A stretch of DNA of 63,465 bases, filler included, from Octopus bimaculoides (lineage: Eukaryota), in assembly GCF_001194135.2 (NCBI RefSeq). It is 8 parts of 6 records of this genome, joined end to end, with 100 filler letters (N's around TTAATTAATTAA, not from the genome) between each part and the next. Parts side by side here need not be neighbours in the genome. Positions count along the whole stretch, not along the records: positions 62,269 to 63,465 come from NC_069006.1; 7 more parts are not named here. One strand, 5' to 3'. Under the pieces are notes generated by a model. It searched no databases. It saw nothing but the letters and a program-made list of their open reading frames with translations, and was not told where the DNA came from. Of the stretch, positions 63,377 through 63,465 are shown piece after piece. A program made the translations under genes and the position numbers. Numbering within the stretch: position 1 is the first letter of the stretch; each line of letters begins with the position of its first letter.

Positions 63377-63465
<89 letters not shown>

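Overview
Eukaryotic, AT-rich, microsatellite-dense draft scaffold with roughly 4.5 kb of Ns and seven artificial 44N-TTAATTAATTAA-44N spacers. The three abundant tRNA-derived SINE families resemble those I associate with Octopus genomes (inference, not verified). No host gene can be confidently called, and nearly all ORFs in the supplied track are microsatellite or N-gap artefacts. The window is a layered transposon graveyard. It holds a same-strand cluster of decayed Dong/R4-like LINEs (4.9-15 kb), one interrupted by a Mutator-like element with a perfect 9-bp TSD. It also holds Tc1 and DD37D/maT-like fossils, several MITE/foldback elements, three Penelope-like element (PLE) fragments, RTE, Tx1/L1 and APE fragments, and about 30 SINE copies or fragments. 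Best leads: (1) an apparently intact type I hammerhead ribozyme downstream of a PLE GIY-YIG ORF, with a second variant hammerhead nearby; (2) a non-repetitive 188-codon minus-strand frame broken by one TAA, plus a possible upstream exon; (3) a 95-nt pre-miRNA-sized hairpin; (4) a locally templated insertion with an end-joining-like signature; (5) a POU/octamer motif cluster. I did not find a clearly novel multi-gene system. Family names come from motif recognition only, and boundaries of decayed elements are approximate.
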